From NCBI GenBank assembly GCA_963737905.1, contig CAVTUQ010000022.1:128001-192000 (forward strand): DNA of 64,000 nucleotides, written 5' to 3'. Positions 1 to 8,919 of this stretch are shown here, one piece after another. Numbering within the stretch: position 1 is the stretch's first letter; every line of letters starts with the position of its first letter. The notes under the pieces are model-generated. The model was not told the DNA's origin. It ran no database searches and was given only the letters and a program-made list of their open reading frames with translations. This DNA comes from an uncultured delta proteobacterium. Lineage in GTDB: Bacteria > Desulfobacterota > Binatia > UBA9968. The translations under genes were made by a program, and so were the position numbers.

Positions 1-69
1 CCGCCCGCGAGCATCGCAAAAGACCCACACGTGATCGAGGTTTATCTGGGAGAAAGCGCGACGACTTAG
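1..69 (+). CDS. livG: 3' end of branched-chain amino acid ABC ATP-binding protein (partial)
   Basis: Frame 1 reads PPASIAKDPHVIEVYLGESATT*, the typical LivG/LivF C-terminal motif, directly upstream of livF-H-M. Confidence 0.75.
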   Translation, partial: PPASIAKDPHVIEVYLGESATT

Positions 70-75
70 GCAAAG

Positions 76-174
76 GTTCAAGTCGTTTAAATCGTTGAAG
101 CAGTTCAAACCGTCGGAAACGGATTTACCTGTAACGTCTTGAACGACTTGAACGATTTGAACTGCTTGAACGGA
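76..174. repeat. Inverted pair of 9-bp tandem arrays
   Basis: gttcaagtc/gtttaaatc/gttgaagca/gttcaaacc (76-111) faces ttgaacgac/ttgaacgat/ttgaactgc/ttgaacgga (139-174). Confidence 0.8.
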
Positions 175-189
175 GTTCACACAGGAATC

Positions 190-915
190 ATGCTTGAAGT
201 GGAGAATGTTGCAGTCTCTTACGGCGCGCTGGCGGCGCTGCACAGGGTGAGTCTCACGGTCCGATCAGGGGAGCTCGTCGCTCTGGTCGGCCCCAACGGC
301 GCAGGAAAATCTACGTTACTTAAAGCCATTGCCGGGCTGATCGCTCCGCGCGCGGGGATGATTCGATGGGAGGGTAAACGCCTTGACCTTGAGGCGCCCG
401 AGTGGATCGTCGAATGCGGGGTTGCCCTGGTTCCCGAGGGGCGCCGTCTCTTCGCCAGGATGACCGTTCGGGAAAATCTCGAACTCGGCGCGTTCACCCA
501 GCGCGCCCAAAAGGAACGACGGGCGCAGATGGAGCGAATCTATGCTATTTTTCCCCGGCTCCACGAACGGGAGCATCAGCCTGCCGGATTGCTTTCGGGG
601 GGCGAGCAGCAGATGCTCGCGCTCGGCCGCGCGCTCATGGGGCTTCCGCGTCTGCTGCTGCTCGACGAGCCTTCCCTCGGACTGGCGCCGAGAATCGTCG
701 AATCGATATTTTCCGTTCTCGCGGAGCTGCATCGCGAGGGGATGAGCCTGCTTATTGTGGAGCAGAACGTTCACGCAGTCTTGGCATTGGCCCAGCGCGC
801 CTACATCCTCGAAGGCGGAAAAATCGTTGGTGAAGGTGAAGGTCAAACGCTACTTCAGGACGATTACGTTCGCGCGGCTTATTTGGGTCCGCTGGCGCGA
901 GGAACGTCCTCATGA
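190..915 (+). CDS. livF: Branched-chain amino acid ABC transporter ATP-binding protein
   Basis: Walker A GPNGAGKST, VPEGRRLF, LSGGEQQ, LLLDEPSLGLAP; ATG at 190 after AGGA. Confidence 0.92.
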   Translation: MLEVENVAVSYGALAALHRVSLTVRSGELVALVGPNGAGKSTLLKAIAGLIAPRAGMIRWEGKRLDLEAPEWIVECGVALVPEGRRLFARMTVRENLELGAFTQRAQKERRAQMERIYAIFPRLHEREHQPAGLLSGGEQQMLALGRALMGLPRLLLLDEPSLGLAPRIVESIFSVLAELHREGMSLLIVEQNVHAVLALAQRAYILEGGKIVGEGEGQTLLQDDYVRAAYLGPLARGTSS

Positions 916-1784
916 TTCTCACACAGCAACTGATCCTTGGGCTCCTTGTGGGAGGGTTGTACGGCCTTGCCGCGGCCGGTCTCTCTCTGACGTTCGGCGT
1001 TCTCCGTGTCTTGAACATTGCCCACGGCGAGCTGTTGATGTTAGGCGGCTACGGAACGTTCTGGCTTTTTACCCTTTGGGGGATCGATCCCTTTGTCTCT
1101 CTGCTCGGCGTCGGGCCGGCCATGTTTGTGGTCGGGCTGGTTCTCTACTGGGCACTGTTTCAATTCGTCGTGAAAGCCGATGAAGAGATACGCATAAAAA
1201 ATTCGCTGCTGATCGGATTCGGTCTCACCCTGATATTACACACCTTAGCCATCCGTCTTTGGACCGCCGATGAGCGGGCGGTGACCACCGCCTACGCCGG
1301 CGCTGTCGTCAGGGTCGGCACGTTGGCAATTCCTCTTGTCCGTCTGAGCAGTCTCGCGCTCGCGTTCGCTATCCTGGCAGGGCTGCACCTGTTCCTTGCG
1401 AAGGCGCGCTGGGGCCGTGCCATTCGCGCGACTGCCGAGGATTGGGAGGCGGCAGCTCTCATGGGAATTCCGGTGGGGAAAACTTACCTACTTGCGTTCG
1501 CCCTTGGAACTGCGCTGGCGGGCATCGCGGGGGGATTAGTCAGTGTCTCGTATTCGATTAGCCCGTCCATCGGTCTTGAGTGGACCTTAAAGGCGCTGAT
1601 CGTCGTGGTGCTGGCAGGGCTCGGATCCCTGTTTGGCAGTTTCGCCGGCGGTATCATACTCGGGCTCGCTGAGGCGACCAGCGTGGCATTTCTCGGCGGC
1701 CCGTACCGCGAGGTGGTGGGGCTCATTCTCTTTCTCATCATTTTGTTGGTCCGACCTCAGGGGCTGTTTGGAGGGCGTGGGTGA
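912..1784 (+). CDS. livH: Branched-chain amino acid ABC permease
   Basis: GLSLTFGVLRVLNIAHGE, GRAIRATAED, RPQGLFG; hydrophobic. Confidence 0.9.
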   Translation: MILTQQLILGLLVGGLYGLAAAGLSLTFGVLRVLNIAHGELLMLGGYGTFWLFTLWGIDPFVSLLGVGPAMFVVGLVLYWALFQFVVKADEEIRIKNSLLIGFGLTLILHTLAIRLWTADERAVTTAYAGAVVRVGTLAIPLVRLSSLALAFAILAGLHLFLAKARWGRAIRATAEDWEAAALMGIPVGKTYLLAFALGTALAGIAGGLVSVSYSISPSIGLEWTLKALIVVVLAGLGSLFGSFAGGIILGLAEATSVAFLGGPYREVVGLILFLIILLVRPQGLFGGRG

Positions 1785-2698
1785 AATCGTTTTTGGGAGG
1801 AGTTTTGCTTGCTACGGGGTTTGCCCTCCTGCCGCTTTTTACCGCGCGCAATGATTTGCTGAACCTTGGAGTACAAATCTTTCTTGCCGTGGCTTTGGCC
1901 CAAAGCTGGAATCTCATGGGGGGCTATGCGGGCCAGATCAATCTCGGCCACGCGGCCTTCTTTGGTCTCGGCGCGCTGGTCACACGCACGCTCTGGGCGG
2001 GTGGTATTCCGCTCTTCTTGGCCCTCGGCGCGGGCGCGCTGGTGGCGACAGCGTTTGGTGTTTTGATCGGAGGGCCGGCTTTCCGTCTCCGCGGCGCCTA
2101 CTTCGCTATCGGCACCCTTGGTCTCGCCGAGATCCTGCGCATCACGGTGGGGAACCTCATGCCGGAGATTTCCACCATCCCCGCCTCCGAGCTTGCGTCT
2201 TACAATATTTTACCGCGTTATTATCTCACTCTGGTTATAGCCGTGCTTTGTGTTTCGGTGGTCGCAGCACTGGTTCCCTCCCGAGTCGGGCTCGGGATCC
2301 AAGCCGTGCGGGAGGACGAGGCGGCGGCGGAAGCTTCGGGAGTCGGAGCGTTCCGCCATAAGCTGCTGGCGCTGACAATCTCGACGGCTATGGTCGGACT
2401 CACCGGCGGCGCTTTCGCCTACTACCATGTCAGTTACTACCCGCAACACACCTTCTCTCCGGCCTGGACGTTCGACGCCGTGCTCATTTCTTTTATCGGT
2501 GGTGTAGGGACGATCTATGGGCCGGTATTAGGCGCACTTTTTTATGTCATCCTGAAGGAAGTTCTAGCGGTTCGACTTGTCGAACTCCACCTTTTGGTCT
2601 TTGGTGCCCTCTTCATTCTTGTCGTGTTGTTTCTACCCGGCGGACTGGTCGAAGCCTGGAACCGAGCACGCCGGCTCCTGGCCGCAAAGAACGCATAG
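1781..2698 (+). CDS. livM: Branched-chain amino acid ABC permease
   Basis: SWNLMGGYAGQINLGHAAFFG, LRGAYFAIGTL, AVREDE. Confidence 0.9.
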   Translation: MKSFLGGVLLATGFALLPLFTARNDLLNLGVQIFLAVALAQSWNLMGGYAGQINLGHAAFFGLGALVTRTLWAGGIPLFLALGAGALVATAFGVLIGGPAFRLRGAYFAIGTLGLAEILRITVGNLMPEISTIPASELASYNILPRYYLTLVIAVLCVSVVAALVPSRVGLGIQAVREDEAAAEASGVGAFRHKLLALTISTAMVGLTGGAFAYYHVSYYPQHTFSPAWTFDAVLISFIGGVGTIYGPVLGALFYVILKEVLAVRLVELHLLVFGALFILVVLFLPGGLVEAWNRARRLLAAKNA

Positions 2699-2756
2699 AA
2701 CTCAAGCGTTCCCTTTGCGATCTTTGCGTTCTCTGCGGTTGGTCCGTTCGTCTCGA

Positions 2757-4868
2757 CTATAGCAAAACCGCCAGAGCGTCGCCCACGACCACGCCCGAGC
2801 CCTCGGGCAAAACAAAAAGAGGATTGATTTCCAGTTCAGCGATTCGTTCTTGCCACTCGCTGGCAAGTTGCCCCACCTGGCACAGCACCTGTGCGAGGGC
2901 CTCTAGGTCGGCGGCGGGGCGGCCACGGAAAGTGGTCAGGATGCGATAGCCACGAATTCTCCAAATCATCTCCCGGGCCTCATCCAGGCTCAACGGTGCC
3001 GGCCAGACCGCAAAATCTCTGATCGCCTCGACGAAAATTCCACCGAGGCCAAAAGTCAAAACCGGCCCGAAGCGCAGGTCCTGCCGAGTGCTGACGATGA
3101 CTTCTCGTCTGTCTCCGCCGATCATTTCTTCCACCAGCACGCCATCCAAGCGTGCCCGCGGATCCCATTTTTTGGCCTTCGCCACGATCTCCTCAAAAGC
3201 GCGGTCTACATCATCCGCGCTTTCAATCCCTAAGCGAATCACCCCGGCCTCTGTCTTGTGAAGCAAATCCGGTGAAGAGGCCTTCAAGGCTACGGCGCCG
3301 CCGATGCTACTGAAGAGAGAACGAGCTTCCGTGGCGCTTCGGGCGAGTCCCCCGCGGGGCACGGCGAGTCCCCAAGCCCTTAGCAAGGTCTTTGCTTCAA
3401 CCTCGGTCAGGGCTTTGCGTCCTTCGTCCTTGGCCTTATCCAGAATCTTTTCGCTCTTTGAACCGGAAATGGGTTTTTTATCGCTAGGGCCTGGCGTAAG
3501 GGACAAAACTCTCTGCCGCGTTTCCACGTACTGAGCCATTTTACCGAGCGCTCGTATGCCCCGCGCCGGCTCCGGGAAAACCGGAACGCCGGCATGGGCC
3601 AGACTTGTCCAGATATCCGTACGGGGTAATGGGAACCAGGTCATCATAACAAGTTTGTCGCTGGCGTGGGCCACTTGCGCCATCGCGGCGGCGAGCTTCT
3701 CGTGCGCTCCCGGCACGATCCCAAAAAACATCACGAGATTATCCACGTTGGGATCCTTGAGAATTACCTCGGCCGCTTGAGTTAGAAGCCCCGGCCTGGC
3801 CACAGCCTCCGCCGTCACGTCCATGGGATTGGCGATGGACGCGAAGGCCGGCATAATTTTTTGTAACTCATCTTTGGTAGCGTCGGAGAGATCTGCGAAT
3901 TCCAGGCCGAACTCGTTTCCCACATCCGCCATCAGAATACCCGCCGCTCCCGAAATCGAAACGACTTGTACCCGCTTGCGGCGCGGTCTGCGGGGAGCTT
4001 GAGCCAGGAGAGCAAGGTCGAAAAGTTCATCGAGGCTTTCAGCGCGGAGCACTCCGTTCTTAGAGAAAACCGCCTGATACACTTCATCCGCGCCCGCAAG
4101 CGATCCCGTGTGCGAAACGCTGGCTTTGGCGCCCGCTTCGGAGCGGCCTGTTTTCATGATGATGAGCGGCTTGTCCAAAACCAAAGCCCTGCGCGCGGCT
4201 GCTTGGAAAGCCTCTCCGTCGCGGGCATCTTCGAGATAGCCGAGCACCAGCCGGACCTCCGGGTCCTCCAACAGGTACTGCAGATAATCGGTAAAACTCA
4301 GCACGCACTCGTTGCCGGTGGTGATCCAGTAACGAAACGCTAAACCGCGCTCTTTTGCCGCGCCGAGAATATAAGAGCTCAGGGCGCCGCTCTGGCTGAT
4401 AAAGGCTGCTGCGCCGGCCTCCGGAAAACCGCCGTCGAGACCGACGCTAAAAGTGGCCATGACTCTCTCTGGAAAGTACACAAATCCGGAGCAATTCGGG
4501 CCGCAGACTGCAATCCCATTCTCCGATGCAATACGCTGCAATTCTTCTTGCAGGCGAACTCCTTCGCCGCCCACTTCGGCAAACCCGGAGCTGATGATGG
4601 CTGCTGCCTTGACGCCTTTGGCGCCGCATTCCGTCAGCGCTTCGGGAACTGCAGTAGCAGGCAAAGTAATCACCGCCAAATCCACCTCACCCGGAATATC
4701 AGACAGCTTCGCGAAACAAGGCACCCCCGCAATCTCGCGATACTTCGGATTGACAGGATAGATGTTGCCGGCGTAGCCGTACTCACGGAAAAAACGAAAG
4801 GGTCGGCCACTGAGCTTGTTTTGTTCGTTGGAGACGCCGATCAACGCCACCGAACGAGGGTGAAACAA
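2757..4868 (-). CDS. ADP-forming acyl-CoA synthetase (acetate-CoA ligase family; CoA-binding, ligase and ATP-grasp domains)
   Basis: FHPRSVALIGVS, YPVNPK, GPNC, SQSG, SHTGSLAG (phospho-His), HKTEAG, ELEINP; true start probably ~25 nt further upstream across an indel. Confidence 0.9.
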   Translation of the reverse strand: MFHPRSVALIGVSNEQNKLSGRPFRFFREYGYAGNIYPVNPKYREIAGVPCFAKLSDIPGEVDLAVITLPATAVPEALTECGAKGVKAAAIISSGFAEVGGEGVRLQEELQRIASENGIAVCGPNCSGFVYFPERVMATFSVGLDGGFPEAGAAAFISQSGALSSYILGAAKERGLAFRYWITTGNECVLSFTDYLQYLLEDPEVRLVLGYLEDARDGEAFQAAARRALVLDKPLIIMKTGRSEAGAKASVSHTGSLAGADEVYQAVFSKNGVLRAESLDELFDLALLAQAPRRPRRKRVQVVSISGAAGILMADVGNEFGLEFADLSDATKDELQKIMPAFASIANPMDVTAEAVARPGLLTQAAEVILKDPNVDNLVMFFGIVPGAHEKLAAAMAQVAHASDKLVMMTWFPLPRTDIWTSLAHAGVPVFPEPARGIRALGKMAQYVETRQRVLSLTPGPSDKKPISGSKSEKILDKAKDEGRKALTEVEAKTLLRAWGLAVPRGGLARSATEARSLFSSIGGAVALKASSPDLLHKTEAGVIRLGIESADDVDRAFEEIVAKAKKWDPRARLDGVLVEEMIGGDRREVIVSTRQDLRFGPVLTFGLGGIFVEAIRDFAVWPAPLSLDEAREMIWRIRGYRILTTFRGRPAADLEALAQVLCQVGQLASEWQERIAELEINPLFVLPEGSGVVVGDALAVLL

Positions 4869-5134
4869 TTTCTTGAGATCTATCGACTTTTCACTTCTAG
4901 TCTACGCTTAAAAGTTTTCGAAGTTTTCCCGGCAGTCGTTGCGTTCAGTTACCAGCTAAAGATTTTCCGCGGGAAGACCGAATAGCGGCAAGTCAAGAGT
5001 ATATTTTCTCTTGTGACTTTAGTCTTCGTGGTGAATCTTAGTCTTTCACAGCGGCTCCGCGGCGCTGGGCCGTTTGTGCGAGCGTTAACGCTTCACATCT
5101 TTTGGCGCCAGCCAGGAGGCGGGAACAAAGTCTT

Positions 5135-6469
5135 TCAGGTCCAAGTCGATCGAGGACATCCTTGGGAACGCGTGTGCTTCGGAGTGAAACTGTCCAGGCG
5201 CGGCTTAGCCGTGGCATCGATCCCCATCTTGGCCGTTACTCCGTCCTTCAAGTCGGAAGGATCGAGATCGGAGCCCCCGACATTGCTGATGATCATGACA
5301 TCTCTGTCGGCCTGGCAGCGTGTGCCCACCGCCCACTGCACGCGCTGGTCGTTGAAGATATCGATATCATGGTCCACGACGATCACATGCTTCATGTACA
5401 GATCAGAACCGAGTACCGCCAGGATCGCGTTTTTTCCCTGTCCCTCGGTTTTTTTCTCGATGGAAACATAAACGGTAAACGGCGCCGGGATTCGCACGGC
5501 CTTCACCGACGGGACCATGGCCTTCACGGCGCGGAAGAGATTGGCCTCCATGGGGATCGTGGAGAGCAGCAGATGATCCAGGTGGCCCACGACGATGTCG
5601 TGCAAGAAAGCGTCTTTGCGACGGGTGATCGCCTTGACGTGAAAAACTTCGCGCTTCCGGCTGCCCAGCGAGTAGCCCGTGAACTCTCCGAAGGGTCCCT
5701 CGTCCACTCTCTCAAAGGGCAGTATTTCTCCTTCGAGAATCATCTCCGCTCGGGCCGGCACTTTGAGGCTCAGGGTCTCCGCGGGCACGACTTCCATCGC
5801 TTCACCCGCCAGAGATCCCATAAGATAAAACTCTTCCTCGTCGATGGAACCGATATTCAGCGCTCCCAACGACCACGCGGGGTGCGTGCCCAGAATGACC
5901 GCGATCTCGAGAGGCTGCTTCAACTTTTCCGCATTCGTATAGAACTCCCAGAGATGTTTGGCCAAGGTGAGATGGATGGAGGTGTGGTTCTTGTCGATAG
6001 ACATGAGGCGGTTGAAGCTGCAATTCAGACGGCCGCTTACCGGATCTCTGGCCAGAGTGACGGCGGCGGTCAGATAGGGTCCTGCATCGTCTTGATGATG
6101 GATGATTTGCGGGATGGTGCGCAGGTCCACCTGGTCGCCCTTCAAGATGACTTCTTTCACCGGCCCCGTATCGACTTCTTTCGGCGGGATGAGGCGCTCG
6201 ATTCTCTTTAGATAACCCGCCACAGCGCTGCGTGGCTCGCTGCCGATGGCCGCCGCCAGCCGCCGGCGCGACGCGTGTACATTAGTCACGACTGGAAATT
6301 TCGTGCCTTTGACGTTTTCAAAGATCAGGATGGGAAACCGCCTCTCCTGTTCCAGTTTGACCACCAGTGCCGTGATCTCGAAGCGAGGATCTACCTGCTT
6401 GCTGATGGTTAAGACATCTTCGGGAGTTTCCTGCCGAATTTTTTCAATAAAGCTTCGCAGGTCGGTCAT
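5135..6469 (-). CDS. UbiD-family (prFMN-dependent) decarboxylase/carboxylase, copy 1
   Basis: MTDLRSFI start, DAGPYLT, EGPFGEFTGY, VIVVDHDIDI, KMGIDAT; last ~12 codons appear frameshifted. Confidence 0.9.
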   Translation of the reverse strand: MTDLRSFIEKIRQETPEDVLTISKQVDPRFEITALVVKLEQERRFPILIFENVKGTKFPVVTNVHASRRRLAAAIGSEPRSAVAGYLKRIERLIPPKEVDTGPVKEVILKGDQVDLRTIPQIIHHQDDAGPYLTAAVTLARDPVSGRLNCSFNRLMSIDKNHTSIHLTLAKHLWEFYTNAEKLKQPLEIAVILGTHPAWSLGALNIGSIDEEEFYLMGSLAGEAMEVVPAETLSLKVPARAEMILEGEILPFERVDEGPFGEFTGYSLGSRKREVFHVKAITRRKDAFLHDIVVGHLDHLLLSTIPMEANLFRAVKAMVPSVKAVRIPAPFTVYVSIEKKTEGQGKNAILAVLGSDLYMKHVIVVDHDIDIFNDQRVQWAVGTRCQADRDVMIISNVGGSDLDPSDLKDGVTAKMGIDATAKPRLDSFTPKHTRSQGCPRSTWT

Positions 6470-6580
6470 GTTGGGTTTCGTTTTCGATATGATTTCTTGA
6501 CTCGATAAGTTTGCGGACCTTTAGCCTGTTAGCACAGGCCTACAGCGAAGTAATAAACGGATCCCTAACCATATATTTGC

Positions 6581-6907
6581 TCACAGAGTTAGTCCCAACT
6601 GTACTTTGATTGCCTGCTCAACTGCCTGTAGACCCGAACCGGACAAACGAGCCAATCGATTCTGCACGCGCCTTTTGCTCACCGTTGTTAGCTGATCCGC
6701 CATGGCCTTGTTCTTTTTCCCTTTGACGAGGACGTACGCCTCGCTAGGGTAAAGGTGATCCACCGAAGTGGTCAGAGGCACAACCTGAATACGGTTAAGG
6801 TACTTGTTTGAAGCGTTGTTGCTCACAATCACAGCGGGATGCTGTTTTTGAATCTCCCCGCCTGTCGAGGGCTGGAAATTGATCCACCATACCTCACCGC
6901 GTTTCAT
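6581..6907 (-). CDS. mazF: Type II toxin, PemK/MazF family endoribonuclease
   Basis: MKRGEVWWINFQPSTGGEIQKQHPAVIVSNN, VVPLTT, DQLTTVSKRR. Confidence 0.88.
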   Translation of the reverse strand: MKRGEVWWINFQPSTGGEIQKQHPAVIVSNNASNKYLNRIQVVPLTTSVDHLYPSEAYVLVKGKKNKAMADQLTTVSKRRVQNRLARLSGSGLQAVEQAIKVQLGLTL

Positions 6908-7126
6908 TGGCGACGTCTCCGACGGCAGCCTCGGCCCACTCCTGAGCCTCCGTTTCCCGGGCTTTTCTCGCGGCGGCCATTGACGATAGGCTGCTTCCAA
7001 GTCCCGCCCCATCACGTGTGGCCGCGCCAGGGACTCTAGAAATCGACTAATACGACGCCGCCCCACGACTCTGTGCAGTCCTTCATAGACCCGCTCGTCT
7101 AGCGTGATGGTCAACTTTTTCTGCAT
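6894..7126 (-). CDS. Cognate antitoxin (ribbon-helix-helix-like), 1-nt indel near 6980
   Basis: MQKKLTITLDERVYEGL...; restoring one A (caa atg) gives ...QMAAARKARETEAQEWAEAAVGDVANETR*, overlapping the toxin ATG. Confidence 0.7.
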
Positions 7127-7328
7127 ATCTCTCTCCAACTGGAATACGTGTGTTCGGACGTATTCTATACACGATGCCTTTAATTTATGCGCATCACGAA
7201 TCGGTTCAGAGTGTCCGTTACCCCCGAACGATTAGGCATACACCAGCAGAATATGCGCAATTACTTATGACGCTATGTATAGTCAAGAGTGCTAGATGAA
7301 ACAAAGTCGGCAATCTAAAATCCAAAAT

Positions 7329-8362
7329 TCATTTGATTACCCTATCCGCCCTTACCAGTACGTTGGGTGGAATGGTCAGGCCGATCTGCTTGGCCGCATT
7401 CAGATTAATCATCAACTCGAACTTCGTCGGCTGCTCGACCGGAAGATCGGCTGGCTTCGCGCCTTTGAGGACTTGTCGACATACGTGGCGGCGCGCCGGA
7501 ACAGATCGTTAATACTCGGCCCATAGGTCATGAGCCCGCCGTCTTCCACATACTCTGGCCTCGTGTATGTCACCGGAAGCCGGCTCTTTACCGCAAGCTC
7601 GACAATTTGTTTTCGATGAGAATTGAAGACGGCGCTCCCCAGCATAACGACTCCATCAGCGCGCCCCTTGGCTGCGGCGCGGAATGCGTTCTCAATATCC
7701 TTGGAACTTAGTACGTCTAGGTATTGAAGCTTCACTTTCAACGCCCCTGCGGCGAGCTCGATCTCTTTTAACCTTTGCGCGTTGCCCGGTTCGGTCAAAA
7801 TTCCGATGACGGTCACGCGGGAGAGCTTAGGAACGATCTCCTTCAAAAGCTCCAGTTGTTTTCCGCTTAGCTCCGGTGCAAGGGTTGACAGTCCAGTAAT
7901 GTTCCCTCCAGGTCGCGCAAGGCTGGCGACAAACCCGCTGGCAACAGGATCGACATCCTGCGCAAAGACAATGGGAATCGTGACAGTTGCTTCCTTGGCA
8001 GCACGGGTTACTGTCGGACCAGTCGTGACGATGACGTCCACCTTCAGACGCGCTAGCTCCGCCGCAAGCTCACGCTCGCGATCCGCTTTTACCTCTGCGT
8101 ATCGATACTCGACGACGATGTTTTTTCCCTCCACGTATCCCAGCTCGCGCAGACCTTGTCGGAACGCCTCGTGGCGGGCCGAGTTAGTGGAAGGGAAGCC
8201 ACCACTTAGGAATCCTATCCGCGGGATTTTCGTTGGCTGTTGCGCCTCGGCGGGGAAGCAGGGAGCAAGGAGCATGGAGCAAAGAGCAAGAAACACTGCG
8301 GCGTAAAGGCCTCGCGCTAAGAGTAAAGCGCAAAGCGTAACACGCATGACGTTCTTTCTCAT
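7329..8362 (-). CDS. ABC transporter substrate-binding protein (ABC_sub_bind family), indel near 7470
   Basis: [38 protein letters not shown]; shifted frame continues [24 protein letters not shown]...ADRVIK*. Confidence 0.88.
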
Positions 8363-8379
8363 ATGTTTTCTCCTGTTTC

Positions 8380-8568
8380 TTGCACTTGGCTCTTTGCCCT
8401 ATGCGCTTCGATGGTTCGGCATCGCTCACCACAGGTTTTGGATCCTTCGGCTTGGCTCAGGACAGGTTTCCGATTGTCGGAAGAAGAATTCAGCCATCGT
8501 ATCTGAGATCTTTTATTCATTCTCTTCGCCCCCAATCTAAAATCGGCAATCGAAAATCTAAAATATAC
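8380..8568. repeat. Cluster of REP-like and heptamer intergenic repeats
   Basis: gcttcgatggttcggcatcgctcaccacagg, ccttcggcttggctcaggacagg, aatctaaaatcggcaatcgaaaatctaaaat (related unit also at ~7311-7328). Confidence 0.65.
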
Positions 8569-8582
8569 TAGGTGGCTTCTCC

Positions 8583-8732
8583 TCACTCAACGATCTTTGG
8601 GCTCTCCTCGTCTAAAAACTGGTGGCTGCAATAGGGGCAGAGGAGCTTGATTTTTTTGTGCCGAAGCTCCTGCCAGTGGCAATAGAACTCGCCCTTGCAC
8701 TGGGGGCAGGTCACCCAGAAGATTTTTGTCAT
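8583..8732 (-). CDS. Small 49-aa CxxC..CxxC zinc-ribbon protein (not in ORF track)
   Basis: MTKIFWVTCPQCKGEFYCHWQELRHKKIKLLCPYCSHQFLDEESPKIVE*; AGGAG upstream; same strand, just downstream of UbiD copy 2. Confidence 0.75.
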   Translation of the reverse strand: MTKIFWVTCPQCKGEFYCHWQELRHKKIKLLCPYCSHQFLDEESPKIVE

Positions 8733-8919
8733 AGCTCTCTATTCTCCTAGGTCAAGCAATTAATTTTTCTATTTCGCCGAACTTGGCGTTCTTTGCGCCT
8801 TTGCGCGAGAATAATCTTAGTCCGACTCGGAGTTTCTCCCGATCCAAGACGCCAATCGCAAAGGCCCCGCCTACGCCGCTCTTCTTGCGCATTCTATGCG
8901 CGAGTCAAATATTTTTAGT

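Noticed and set aside
76-174. CRISPR array
   Set aside because: Units are 9 bp with no unique spacers; no cas genes and no repeat-spacer array anywhere in the window.
5102-6211. Long antisense ORFs (also 41038-41958, 54002-54964, 59209-60306)
   Set aside because: Shadow frames of well-supported genes in GC-rich DNA, with no domain motifs.
6581-7138. Apparent antitoxin-toxin single-chain fusion
   Set aside because: Adding one A near 6980 restores a normal antitoxin C-terminus and a stop overlapping the toxin start.
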